This document shows positions 24,508-36,392 of a stretch of DNA of 64,000 nt, piece after piece (position 1 is the stretch's first letter; the number at the start of each line of letters is the position of its first letter). The position numbers and the translations under genes were made by a program. Origin of the DNA: Patellaria atrata CBS 101060 (taxonomy: Eukaryota); NCBI GenBank assembly GCA_010093705.1, contig MU006094.1, forward strand, positions 657,550 through 721,549. The letters are read 5' to 3'. Under the pieces are notes generated by a model. The model made no database searches. It was not told the origin of the DNA and saw only the letters and a list, made by a program, of their open reading frames with translations.

Positions 24508-24686
24508 AAGTATACAGACACTTTAAAACGTACTTTTAGACCCAAGCTGACTGTATGACTACTGTATACCCAGAGGAGTTATCTAGCAGGAATTCTCGTA
24601 CGGATAATTCATTACTCTATACTAAGATACTATATTTATTTACTCAATACGATATAAAAAGTACGTTTTGAAGTGTCCGTATACTT
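24508..24686. mobile_element. MITE-like non-autonomous element with 30-bp terminal inverted repeats (Tc1/mariner-type TA ends)
   Basis: 24508-24537 AAGTATACAGACACTTTAAAACGTACTTTT pairs 28/30 with 24657-24686 AAAAGTACGTTTTGAAGTGTCCGTATACTT; AT/TpA-rich non-coding interior; TATA at both outer ends. Confidence 0.65.
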
Positions 24687-25189
24687 TCCGCTCGGCTTCC
24701 GTCTCTAGGATGCTTAGTCAGCCATGTGGCCGTGAGACTCTCCTCCGAATAACTTCATCCAAAACTTTACCATTCTGAATATATTGTCCGTTGTTTATTA
24801 TGACTTCGAAAATTGAAAGACCGGTTAAGCGCCTACGTCGGTTGAGTACCGAGAACGATGATTCTGAGGAGATTGATGATTGGTTGTTGCCTCAGAAGAA
24901 AGGTAGCGCGGGAGGGCATAAGACAGGACAGTCACTCAGGTACGGATTTTGATAGTTCTAGATATGGCGCCGTGCGACAGCAAGGGGCCGCCCCATCGAA
25001 AGCACCGAATTTCTCAACTTCATCACATGAACCCCTCAACCATAACCCTCACCACTATCCCCACCTAAAACCAACAGCTTGCTACTTTTCTTTTCTTTGG
25101 ACTCCAAGCCAAGAGCTTCCAAGTTTCCTTCCAGTACCCCCAGTTATCAACTTGAATAAGGAGACAGTCTATATCTGAGCTTCGCGACA

Positions 25190-26556
25190 ATGGTTAGCCT
25201 ACGTACCAGAGTAGGGAATAACATTACTCTCAGTTCAAATCCGCCTGCTACGAACTCCAATACGTCTTCGCGCCCACGACGCGGTAATGCCGCTCAATCT
25301 ACAGCTCAAACCACCTCTATCGCTCGATCGCAAACTCAATCGCCCGATGAGCGTAAACCGTCCATCCACCTCACTGTCAAAGCTCCACCGAATAAACTCC
25401 GCGAAGCGACAAGCGGTGGAGCAGGCAAGAGGAATATCACCGTCAACTCTAGGGATTCATTTGTTGGCGGGGAGATTCTAAGTGGTCCCCGGGGCTCGCG
25501 AAGCAAGAGACCTATAGTGGAAGAATCTAGCGAGGAGGAAGAAGGGGAGGAGGAAGAGGAGGAGGAAGAGGATGAAGAGGATGAAGATGCGGAAGGCGAA
25601 GATGACGCAGAGGGCGAGGATGAAGACATGGACGACGCTGAAGCCGATGAGGACGAGGATGCTGAAGGAGAGGAAGACGTTGAAATGATAGACGTTGCTC
25701 AAGCTCCTCTCGTCACCAACCCTCCTGGATCGCGACTAGGCAAACCAGGTATAACCGTCACTCCTGCTGGACAAAAAGATTTACCTAGCGTGGAGGCAAA
25801 AGAACTGGCAATGGAGAACGACGACGACGGCTCGGAAGAACTATCTGAACTTGATTCTCCTGATGAAGAGGAAGAAGAGGAAGAGGGTGGTGACGAAGAT
25901 GCGGAGGGTGATGAAGACATGGATGAGGACGCTGAAGGTGAAGAGGTAGATAGCGACGATGAAACACCAAATTCAATGAGCCGCAGCCATACCCCTGACC
26001 TTAGCAAGTTAACAAGACGTCAAAGGGCAGCATTTGAGGAATACGATGGTGGATTGATGGCATTATCCAACGGTCAGTTTTTCCCACTTCAGATATTCAA
26101 ACCTGCTATAATGTACGCTCTATTGATACTTATTACTCGATCACAGAGGCCCAGAAGAAGAAACATCTCACGGCAGAAGAGCATGCCATGCGTAGAGCAG
26201 AAATGGCACGTCGTCGGAAGAACCTAAGTGAGAAACGTAACGAAGAGGAAAAGGTACATACATCCTTCCCTTCTCCGCCACAAGCTAACAAGTTTTAGAT
26301 GGACACTATCAACAGATTGCTCAAGAAGCAAGTTCCGAAGCGCCGTGGTCGTGCTAATGCTGAAGGTTTGCAAGACGTTTCTGAGGATCAAGAACCCGAG
26401 GTCGAAAAGGCACCAGCTGTATTCGTTCGCTGGGTCAACAATCGTGATGGGAGTACTGTTTCCGTACCTGAAGAATGGCTTGCTACTCCCGCTGGTGCCG
26501 TTTTCCAGAAACAAACAAGTCTTGGGACCGGACGCATGGTGGAGGAAGTCAATTGA
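25190..26556 (+). CDS. IES2: INO80 complex subunit Ies2 (PAPA-1 domain); introns 26073-26146 and 26254-26298
   Basis: Acidic tracts, then spliced LMALSNEAQKKKHLTAEEHAMRRAEMARRRKNLSEKRNEEEKMDTINRLLKKQ...FVRWV...VSVPEEWL. Confidence 0.9.
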
Positions 26557-27324
26557 CCACGTCAAACGAGCACTAAGCTACACAGGTATATATCCGATTG
26601 TATGCTTTATTACTAGGACGTGGAAATCACCTAATGACCAGTTAGCTGTGTTTAAGTGTACAAGTATTCGATCAAAGGGCATTTGAAAACATCCCACGCG
26701 GATCTAATAGACCATGCTTTTCTGATCGCATATTATAGAGCCTATTGATCTACACGATGATGTGACGAGTAATATGTCCCATTGAACTTGAGAAGCTAAC
26801 CCAAACTTATTACGGTATCGGGTTGTTTCGATTACTGGATGGCTAACTCGCCTGCTCTAGTGTCTGCCACACCTGGGTTTCTTGTATCATCTCTTCTAGC
26901 GATCCTTTACTAAGCTATTATATCAAATCCCAAACGCTTAGTTACAATAATTATATCAGCATCACTTGATTCGATAGGGTAAGTGTCAGAACCATCTTAA
27001 AATGGGTTTAGTTTAGGGGATTAGCAACTAACTACAGATTTTCTTTCCCCTTGTGATTCCTCGCCAAGTACTTCTTAACTCCAAGACCACTTTCTATTTT
27101 CATACTCTTACGAGATCTGGTATTCCTAGTCTGACTGCTACAAGTTGCATCACTCACAATTGCATGAGTCGAGATATACCAAGTTTTCAAGACCAAGAAT
27201 AAGAATTAAGTCTATCCAACAACTAAAATCCAAATCCAAATAAGAGTAAAGGAGTGCCACCAATCCAAAGATTGTCCCAAGCTAACTCGCAGATCCAAAC
27301 GCCGCACCACCCTCTTCACCAACT

Positions 27325-27688
27325 CTACTTGCAGTAGTCACTGGTCCAGTCACCGGCATCAATGCATCCATTGGGGCAGTTCCTGACAAACTCAATAAGT
27401 CCATTCCTGCCTCCGCGGCAAGTGAAAAGGAGGCCCTGGCCACCACCGGGCTGTGCTTGGTCGTACTGCATCCAGGACTTATTATAATCGAAGGCAGCTT
27501 GGTCGAGCTGGGCTTGGTAATTTCCTGAAAGAGGAGTCACTCAGGTGAAGAGAGGGGGGATTGGCAGAGGAGTGATACGCACCTTTGTTCATGAGAGTTT
27601 GAGAACAGTAGTTGAGGCCAGTTCTGCAGTTGTCGGCGAGGGCGACGGCTGAGGTGGAGAGGACGATAGCGACGGTTGAGAACTTCAT
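27325..27688 (-). CDS. Small secreted cysteine-rich protein (about 101 aa, 6 Cys), effector-like; intron 27525-27582
   Basis: Signal peptide MKFSTVAIVLSTSAVALA; NCRTGLNYC...LFTCRGG...NCPNGCIDAG...DYCK; caaaATG context; biased codon usage. Confidence 0.85.
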
Positions 27689-29046
27689 TTTGAGGATTGG
27701 AGTTGTTGGTTTTGAGTGTTGATTGAGGTTTTGCTTTGAAGAGGTAGATGTTTGAATGTGGATGATCTTGTATACGACTTGTGAATGTGGATGCTGAGCT
27801 TGTTGTCGTGAAGGTTTGATGGGAGAGAAAAGTCTACTTTTATGTCCATTTCATTTTTCTGATGGCTTTCACTTACCGCTCCCCACTCATCTGTTCCAGC
27901 TCTGCTGAACGTTAGTTGAAGCTGAAGCTCATCCCAAATTGAAGCTTAATTTGCTTTTGACGGTCAGTACAGTCAAAACGACAATAAAGGCTGGCTGAGA
28001 CATCCAGAAAACACGAGTTTAGAATCCGTGAGAGCCTCGCCTGGTCCCTCAGGTATACTCTTTAGGCGTTGGAGGATAATTCCCTGCTATGAATTTCGTA
28101 TTTTCCTCCCTGTGACGCACATTATTCCCTTGTCACCATATAGTAAATGTTAGAATCCCATCTTTCCACAGCTAACCTTTTCTGAGGACTGCGCGTGCAC
28201 TTCATGTACAGCACAACGGTGAACACATAGCTGGGACAGGAGTAGCAAAACTATCCACAAACCACTCCAGGGACGCCGTTTTTCTGTGCAAGGATCGACC
28301 AGCGCCTTTTCAGGTTACTTTCCTTATGCGGATCGAATCTCGTTACTGTTTTTCCGTATTCATTATATTCTGCTCTCTATTTCGCTAAAAGAGGGGACGG
28401 CTGAAATGCCAGTGCTGACCGCATTCTTCTAGAACTATAACGTGCATGAGATACCCCTGATATAAGAAAGCTAGAAATGAATGTCGATTATGCAGGAACA
28501 GGGGCGGGACTACACGTAAGCTTTTTTTTCCCAGATGCTTGATCAAAATAGTACTGTGCAATAATGTTTTACTCGCTCCGCAATTATAACTGATTGGAAT
28601 GTTCTTTAGAGACTGATACACTAGGAATTACAAGATGAACGGCGTGATTGACCCGTAAGTAAAGCCCTCGATAAGATATAAATTAGGCGAGAACGGAAAT
28701 TTCAGCATCAAGTGATAGAACCACAATAGCACCCACTTGATGTTGCTTTATTTTCCCAAAAAGCCATTATGCATCCGGTGGTAAGTTACGGTGTTGAGAA
28801 TTTCGAGATGCGCATGTACTGTCGAGTATTATTGCAAACCTCCCAAGCAGAAGTAGCGGTGGGTTGTAAAGTCTGACCGGAAAAAGGTTACCCCGGTGAG
28901 GCTCAACCTATCAAGCAGATCACCGCGATCACTTCCGAGGCTTTGAAGTTTAATTCGCCACATTTAACATTTTTCACTTTTCCTCGCATTTGTTGCTTGT
29001 CTCTACATTGAAAGAAACGACATATTGAAATCAATTCACAAGAATT

Positions 29047-29517
29047 ATGTTTTCAATTAGATTCTTCCTGCCTGCCCGCATTCCCTCCAGGATATCTCTT
29101 CGCTCCATAGCAATATCCCGTCCCCTCCTCTCATCATGGTCTTCTGGGCCATCTCCACCACGTCTTCCGAAAGAAGAGCAAGAGATATTCGACAAACTCC
29201 AAGCGCAAAGCACCGGCACTTTCAGCACACCAGCTAAACCATCGAGAGATATTACAGACACAGGTTCACAAACCTCAGACCTGAGAAGTAGGATTAATCA
29301 GTCTCCGGATTCACAAGGTGATCAGCCCCTGGACACTCGCGTTTCGGCGACAGGAGAGAGAGATGAGCTCCATCCTGACATTAGAAGGGGCGCGAAGCCG
29401 GAATTTGAAGGTAATAGGAATCCGAAAACGGGCGAGGTTGGAGGCCCGAAGAACGAACCGCTGAGATGGGGTGCTAGCGGCGATTATAGCTTTAACGGGC
29501 GGGTGACAGATTTTTAA
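29047..29517 (+). CDS. SDH8: Succinate dehydrogenase assembly factor 4 (Sdh8/SDHAF4, DUF1674)
   Basis: Mitochondrial presequence; PPRLPKEEQEIF; C-terminal PEFEGNRNPKTGEVGGPKNEPLRWG...DYSFNGRVTDF. Confidence 0.92.
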   Translation: MFSIRFFLPARIPSRISLRSIAISRPLLSSWSSGPSPPRLPKEEQEIFDKLQAQSTGTFSTPAKPSRDITDTGSQTSDLRSRINQSPDSQGDQPLDTRVSATGERDELHPDIRRGAKPEFEGNRNPKTGEVGGPKNEPLRWGASGDYSFNGRVTDF

Positions 29518-30004
29518 GGGACTTATAAACGCAAAGGAAGAGTGTTTCCCCTCCGTTGTACGGTTGGCATTTACCCCACGGTACGTTTGCTGAGTGACTA
29601 CTGGCCCACTTTCCACCTGCAGTATCACCCGACGTCGCATTGCCCGTCCGCTCAAATCTTATGTACAGCCGGAGGTCTTACGTATGCTTTGCCTTTCGGA
29701 TACAGAGGAGTCAGAGATCGCTCGAGAGCGAGCGTACAGAGGGCGACTGCTACCACTAGGTGAGGAAGAGAAGAGAGCAGTATGCTGCGTATGTGAGATG
29801 ATTGGGTGCGGACAGTGTATCGCGGTGTCTATATTGAGAACGCATCGAGGAGAATAACTTCGCGAGTGCAGTAACAGCGCTCTCCCAATCTGTACAGTAC
29901 TCTTAGATACTGCGCCTGCTCCCAGGACGGACGATAAGTGCAAAAACCATATGGCTGACCGAACAATTGAAGATCTGTCTTCTCACCGATATACACTGTA
30001 TATT

Positions 30005-30991
30005 TCATCGTGAACTGTTGCTCTCCAGCCGTTCGATATCTCCTTTCACGGTTGCCATCTCCCGCTGAAGCCTCTCATATTTGGCTACAACATCTTTAAT
30101 CCCCTTAACCTTGCCGTACTGTCTCAATGCATCTTCCGCCAGCTGTTCTCGTTCCTGTAAATCAGCAACAAGTTTACGAATATGCAAATGGTAAGCTTTC
30201 ATCGCAGCATCCAGCTCCGGGTCCGCAGGCTGAGAGCGAGCGAGTATGCTGTATACGTTAAGCTTAAGCAAGGGATGTATTACCCAAGGAATCACTAACC
30301 TCAGTTTACAAACCATACCCTCAGCTACCGAACTCAAATGTTCAGCTTTAGCTTTCGTCCCTCTCGCAACACTGCCGTGCGTCTCTTGCTCTATGATTCT
30401 GATACCCGCTTCCAACAACTCCCTATGCGCGCTCAGAACTTCAGTCGCCAGATCCGTAAGTCCGATACGCGATGTCCCGATCTCCGAAGTGAGACTCTCA
30501 GCCTGTTTCCGTAAATCCACAACCGTCTCTGGGAGAGCAGAGAGAAGTGACTTCAGCTTCTCAGTCGATACTTCCTCTGGGTGTGCAATTCTCGTGAGTA
30601 ATAGCGCCGTTGCCGCTAAGTAATTAGACACGGCTTTCCCCACGCTGTCGATGTGCTTAATGAAATATTCGATATCTCCTTCGAGCAAGTCGATATCCTC
30701 GGGTGAAATATGTTCTTGAAGAAGAGAACATACTATGTCGATTACTTCGCGGAGCTCAGCGGGTAGTTCAGACGTTCTCGCCGTAGTTTGAAGTACGTCT
30801 TGAAGTATTATATTAGTTGTGATTCTAGACTGGTTTGCGTGAAGATATTTCTTGTTCTCCTCCTGGGCTTTTTGCAGTTTGGAATTTTTGGTAGAGCCGT
30901 CGGTGTTAAGCTTGTCACGTATCAAGTCCTGATAGAGGACCTTGAAATTTGGATTCTCGATAAAGAGGTCGGGATCTACAGGTGGTAACAT
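30005..30991 (-). CDS. Conserved coiled-coil protein, probable HAUS/augmin subunit 4-like; in-frame intron 30249-30299
   Basis: N-terminus MLPPVDP...NPNFKVLYQDL...LNTDGST and IRIIEQETHG..ARGTKAKAEHL resemble fungal HAUS4-like proteins (recognition, not a search). Confidence 0.6.
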   Translation of the reverse strand: MLPPVDPDLFIENPNFKVLYQDLIRDKLNTDGSTKNSKLQKAQEENKKYLHANQSRITTNIILQDVLQTTARTSELPAELREVIDIVCSLLQEHISPEDIDLLEGDIEYFIKHIDSVGKAVSNYLAATALLLTRIAHPEEVSTEKLKSLLSALPETVVDLRKQAESLTSEIGTSRIGLTDLATEVLSAHRELLEAGIRIIEQETHGSVARGTKAKAEHLSSVAEGMVCKLRLVIPWVIHPLLKLNVYSILARSQPADPELDAAMKAYHLHIRKLVADLQEREQLAEDALRQYGKVKGIKDVVAKYERLQREMATVKGDIERLESNSSR

Positions 30992-31445
30992 TTTTCTTGA
31001 CTAATTCGTGACCTTAATGGTTGCTGATATGGAAGGGCGCGAGACGGGTAGTTGAATTAAAGAGTGAAACTTAATTTGACCCAGAAAATCGCTCTCAGGT
31101 CCAATATATTAATTCATAGTAAGGTAGAGCCTAGTTCTACGAGGCTCGTGATGAACTGGTGATATAGTCACGTACTTTGTTTATCAAAAAGTTTGCTAAG
31201 ATTAGACACGTTCTTCCAATAGGAACTCGGCTATGGTAGAACTGTATCTTAGTCATCGTATAATAGACACTTTTGGCTTAAATTAGGGTAAGATTTTCGA
31301 GAAGCGAGGATACGTCAATGCCTCCTTTATACTGCTTTTGAAATGGTGCTGTGGGAGCCATTTTGAGTATTTACCCACCATATAATCACCGCGTCGCGAT
31401 TGAGAATCTCTATTGAAACTGATACCCCGGGTCTTATACAGCGCA

Positions 31446-32002
31446 ATGTCAGAACCGGACGGATCAGACGTACGGACCAAGGACCCTAACCCCCCTGCAC
31501 CTCGTACCTATCTGAACATGGCAATCGTTCAAGCGCACCTCCAGCATGTCGAAAGAACGGTCGAATCCCATGAGTACTTATACAGAAGTGTTATGGTGGC
31601 GATCCTAAATCACTTTTTTCTGCAGGAGAAAGGTTTTGATGTTTTCCAGGAGCCGCCCGGGGAAATAGACCAAACCGAATCAAGGGCGCAATTGGTCGTG
31701 CTCAAATTCATATCTCCCCCCGGAGGATGCATGCATGGGTATGATTTCTGTCTAGTAGAGAGCAAAATGCTGGTGAGAGCTGGGATAAAATGCAACATCA
31801 ACTGAGTAGGAATTGCGGAGACACACAGAACCAGTCTGGACAAGTCTACGGCATCGTCCACATTAGACTATATATTTAGTTCTTCACTGCCAACAGTGGG
31901 GTACTTACGGCGTTAAGTGGTGGTCTACATGTACGCAATGTTGTCAACACTGTCACAACCATGATGGAAAACATGAAGAATCGCCCACTCCCGGTTGTAT
32001 GA
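31446..32002 (+). pseudogene. Disrupted hypothetical gene, possibly PD-(D/E)XK nuclease-like fold
   Basis: ILNHFF..GFDV..E...SRAQLVV...DFCLVESK, then a frameshift near 31768 to AGESWDKMQHQL...VYGIVHIRLYI*FFTA...MKNRPLPVV*; TAG at 31877-31879. Confidence 0.6.
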
Positions 32003-32148
32003 TTGAAGGGTCTGCACACTAGGAAGAACTGTAGGTGTGAGAGGCGTCTTGTAATACTGCTGTGCAATACAGTGCTTTGTTTAAAGAGTAAAGAAGTTAA
32101 CTAGATTTATCTTAAGTTTTTGAAATTAAACAAAGGGAATACCATATT

Positions 32149-33088
32149 TTACCTGTAGTTTTCTCGGGGTAAATAGACTATTCCACTCTTGTGCTCACCA
32201 AACTAGACTAGGGATTCGATAGACGACCCGGACGGAGGAAAGGAGTATATTTCCACCAACATAACCTTTAGAGGACCATCTTTCTACGAGAATGGGGACC
32301 CCAAGCCAAGCAAGCAGCCAACTTAAGCAGCTGCTACTGTCCCTACGGGTACGTAATTCAGTATTATGTCCTGGATCGCAATAGATAGCGATTGAAGAGA
32401 TGTAAAGATCGAAGGTCTGGCGGAGGCGGTGGCCCAGATGAGATAATTAAATGTCAGGTCTGACTGGGGTTCAATGCCATAATAGCCATTGGAAAGGGGC
32501 TCTGGAGCAGTATGCTTAAATGAATACGCGATGTGTAAATGCACGTATTCTGTCGTCAACCTGAACTCGCGGTTTCCAGTAAGGCATTTCCGAATCAAAT
32601 GTCGGCTCTAAAGGCAAGGGAACTGGTCTGCCGAGTCGTTCCATATCAGCTAGACTCACAACACGTTCTCGAAGAGAGTAAGTAGTATCTGACTGCAACC
32701 GTCGCGATTAGTATAGCGCAACACGTCATTTTGAGTGTCGAAGGTCCAGAGTGCGTGGTACGAATCCCCTCGGGAATCGCCAAACGGATTGACTGTGTCA
32801 TGTTTATCGTCATCAAGCCATTTGAACGGAAGCTTTCTGTGTAAGGTGTCGAAAGTTGCCTCTATAGATCATATTAGTGCCGTTATTGAAAGCCGTAGGC
32901 GGGACAGCGGTGCCACCCACCCTTTTGCACATTAAGATCTCAGAAAAGCATTGCAGGTGTTCCTCATCTCCATCATCGGTCATTCGAAGACCAAAGAGTA
33001 TGCGGGTTTTTCGATGATGAGAGCCGGCTTCTGGCAACTGGGACAGAGGCGGGGAGAGAAGATAGGCTAGAACGAGTAGATCTTCCAT
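32149..33088 (-). pseudogene. Fragmented fungal hypothetical gene (C-terminal F-box-like helix)
   Basis: Protein-like segments in shifting frames: RILFGLRMTDDG, LWTFDTQND, PYWKP, LSIAIQDIILNYV...AAA*VGCLLGLGSPFS*KDG...ESLV*FG. Stops at 32323, 32284 and 32203. Confidence 0.6.
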
Positions 33089-33436
33089 TGAGGTTACTGT
33101 ATAAAGAAGGGACTGAGCGAACTTATGTAGGAAATCTAGTAGCGAGTTCGGGGAGATGATAGGGATACCATACAGTATTCTGCGTAACGCGATATCACCA
33201 AACAAGAATAATTTTGGTCAATTTCTCGGCCTACCAGCAATCATGGTATGCCCTACTCTACTAATACATCGCGGAACTGGGTATGATATAACTATTAAGC
33301 AAAGTGCAGTTGATCTCTAAACCTCAGGTCTTATCGACATATAGTACCCCTAATCCACCCGAAATATGCACCTCAAAACGCCGTGCGCACTGCACCGACC
33401 ATGTCATAAATTCACATGATGATCCTCGTCGTATGT

Positions 33437-34495
33437 TCATCCTCCTGTTTCGCTTTGACTTTCGAGAGCTTTGAAAAAGGGCGCCATTTCATGCTCACAA
33501 GATGATGTCTTCTCTTTATCACATCCTTCGAAACTAATTACGAAATCTCCTTCCTTGTACGTTGCACCGACATTTTTCCCACTATGATCTTTGTATAGCG
33601 ATGCCATAGTTCGCTGGGGTATCAACGCTAACTTTGCCAGAATTGTACCATGCCATCTAATACGGGTCAGTATATGAGGAGCTTGTCGCAACATTCGGCT
33701 TGCGGCACTCACTGTACGATATGCTCTAAAGCATGCTGCTCACCCTTCTGGAAATTGTAAGACCGGTACAACGGGTCGAACCATGCGTCCAAGAAGTACT
33801 TCGCCCACTCCCCTCGACGTATTATAAAGCTATTATGTACTAAACCCTCCTTATCTTGGGTAATAACAAAGTCTATTCTATCGCCTTTCAAGTGGCTGAA
33901 GGTCTTGATCACGCTGTCGGGCGGTACGACTGGGACGTCGGTTATCATGAGGTCTTCTAGACGCTTCGTATCCATGATATGTTCTTCGATTGATAGTTCT
34001 GGGTTCATTATGAGGGCCCGATAATCGAGGTAAAAGAAATAGGTCGTGTAAGGATAGAGTGTCATGGCGTGGCGTATAGCTGGTATTCTAGCCCAGCTTT
34101 TGGGGGTGGTCTTTTCAATAGGATAATCATTTTCGTTTGGAAAAAAAGTCTCATATCCTGCACCAGAGATTATGAGTATTGGATCTTTAAGAACAAAACT
34201 GAACCCTACCGTGCTTCGCCGCATATTCTTGCCTGTTCTTCTTGATTGCCACATTGAAGTTATCATGAAGATCTGGATTAATCGTAGTCACAATAACAAC
34301 TGGTGGTGTTCCAGGTGGTATAGACTCTGAACTCGAGCCGGATACTTTCGATAGGAGGAAGATGAGGGTCAAAACTCCAAATGCAATAATACCCAGATAT
34401 TGTAGCCGACTCCTTCGTAGAAGTGACGATCGTGATGCCTTAAAAGCATATGGTGGAGGATGCGAGGTCTTCCGAGGAGGTCCAGCGAAATGCAT
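33437..34495 (-). CDS. MNN11: Golgi alpha-1,6-mannosyltransferase, GT34 family (Mnn11-like); introns 34158-34209 and 33657-33712
   Basis: MHFAGPPRKTSHPPPY, type II TM, KKNRQEYAAKHGY, SWARIPAIRHAM, PVVPPDSVIKTF, WFDPLYRSYNFQKGEQHALEHIVQWH. Confidence 0.9.
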
Positions 34496-35184
34496 CGCAG
34501 CAAATTGCGCCTTCACAAAGGAGGCGCACGTATTCACGATAATGGTCCCCGACCCGGGGGGTTTACGGTTCTTGTGAAGATGGAAGGTTATTAAAACGAC
34601 ATAATCATGCGGAAGAATTGTAATCCATGGAGGGAACAAGCACAGAAATTTTGTTAGAAGGAGCAGAGGTCAAAGGTAGATTATGGTAATACTATCTACC
34701 ATGTCGAGAGTTTTATTATCTTCCAAGGGTTCGAGAATTGACACAATGGGCAAGATGCAAGTGAATTCTCACCGCCTTCGTTTTTCTGAGGCGGGTAACG
34801 CGCCTAAACCTGGGGCGAGGTGCCCCGAAAGAAACCCTCAAAGTATCGGCGTCTATTCGCCCATGTGCCACCCCCTATTTTGCTGAACAACCGTCATCTC
34901 ATTAAGCTTGTACGGAGTATAAGGTAACCACCATCCTCAGACCTATCCCTCGTCTTAAGCATCTTGATAGATTGCTACAAATGAATCTTCCTAACTCGAG
35001 GCTTTCTCTTCGCGTCATAGCGGTCCCATAATCGTGGTTGTCGTATTGCCAGTCTCGAGCCAGCTCATGTTTAGAGAAGAAGTTTCCCCAAGATCATAGT
35101 TATCCCTGTTTTTTTTCCTTCTGTACTGCACTATTCTCTGACTGTGGAACTCCTCTAAATCTACTCGATGCGTTCTGGTGGTTG

Positions 35185-36392
35185 TTAACCTATTGATAAC
35201 ACTACATCCACTAAAGTCTTAAAGTCGCAACAAGGCTCGATCATAATCAAAAGTGTACTGGACGAATATTGTTGTACAAGGATAGGATTCCAAAAATTGT
35301 GCCTACTGAACGTGGTGGAGCTGAAGAAAGGGAACTTTTCAGTCAACCTAGCTCGTCTCAGATCCGCTGCTTTCCTTTTTGTAGCATCTTCCCATACTTC
35401 TTCTGTGATTTTTAAGCTGTCCTCGAAGACCTCTCTAGTAGCGATATCTAGTCTGTGTCCGGCCCACTCTCTACATCTTCCATGATCGATCCACTTAATC
35501 TCCGACAGAATGAGTCCTGCGAAAAGCTCCGTACCATAAAAGAGGTGTGTACAGTCTTTATCGAAATATTTTATCAGTTCGTTGCCATCAACGTAACTTT
35601 TGACAGTAAGGTTACGTAACACGCAGAATGCGTTCCGACCCATCGATGCCCGTAATCAGCAAGTCAATCCCGGAACCCGCTCTCTATCACCTCCTGTGGC
35701 CACAATATGCCAGTTGATTTATCGATTTTCAAAGAAATTTTTAGTCCGGGCATTCCGTACAACCTTCTCATGAGTGGATCATACAACGAGTCTTTCGTTA
35801 ATCGATTCCCGTAACAATAATGCGCAAATCGGCTCAGTTTGACTGTATAAGACTGTCTTATGCATTCATCTTCTCTCGGCACCTTAACTTGGACCTCATT
35901 TCCACTTCTCTATTTTATACGTACCTTCTGCGCAAAAGTCATCCATTTCTTTTACCTCCTTTTCTGTTAAAATGCCTGGTGGCAGAGTCTTTGCATTGAA
36001 TGCTAGCAATATAATACGATCGCCTGCCCAGGATAAAGCATTCCTTTCGATCAATTTCCTCGTTGTATTTTGGTTTACAATCCACCAGTCCCAACAGGTT
36101 AAGCCCAGGCATACTATGTCCACATCTTCTAGAAAGTCTAGCACATTATGGAATACGTCGAGTGGTAGTCTCGGAAGAAATCTATCGCCTCCCGTTGACC
36201 TTCTTCTTGCCATTGTACTTTCAAGGTCTAGATTCAAAGCCTGGAATGGAGGTAGAGCAATCAGAAAGGGTAACCTTCGACGGCAATAACGGAGGTAATA
36301 TAAGCCACTTCGCGCTTAACAATCGACCTCGAAATATCCTTAGCCAGTATTTCCTTCTTGTCTATATCGAGCATTCTATACGCCACTTCCAT
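35185..36392 (-). pseudogene. F-box-containing gene broken by several frameshifts
   Basis: Consecutive fragments in different frames: F-box LPRLPLDVFHNVLDFLEDVDIVCLGLTC, SWAGDRII...LPPG, VLRNLT..YV, EWAGHRLDI, WED. Frame changes near 36260, 35890 and 35645; true 3' end uncertain. Confidence 0.65.
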
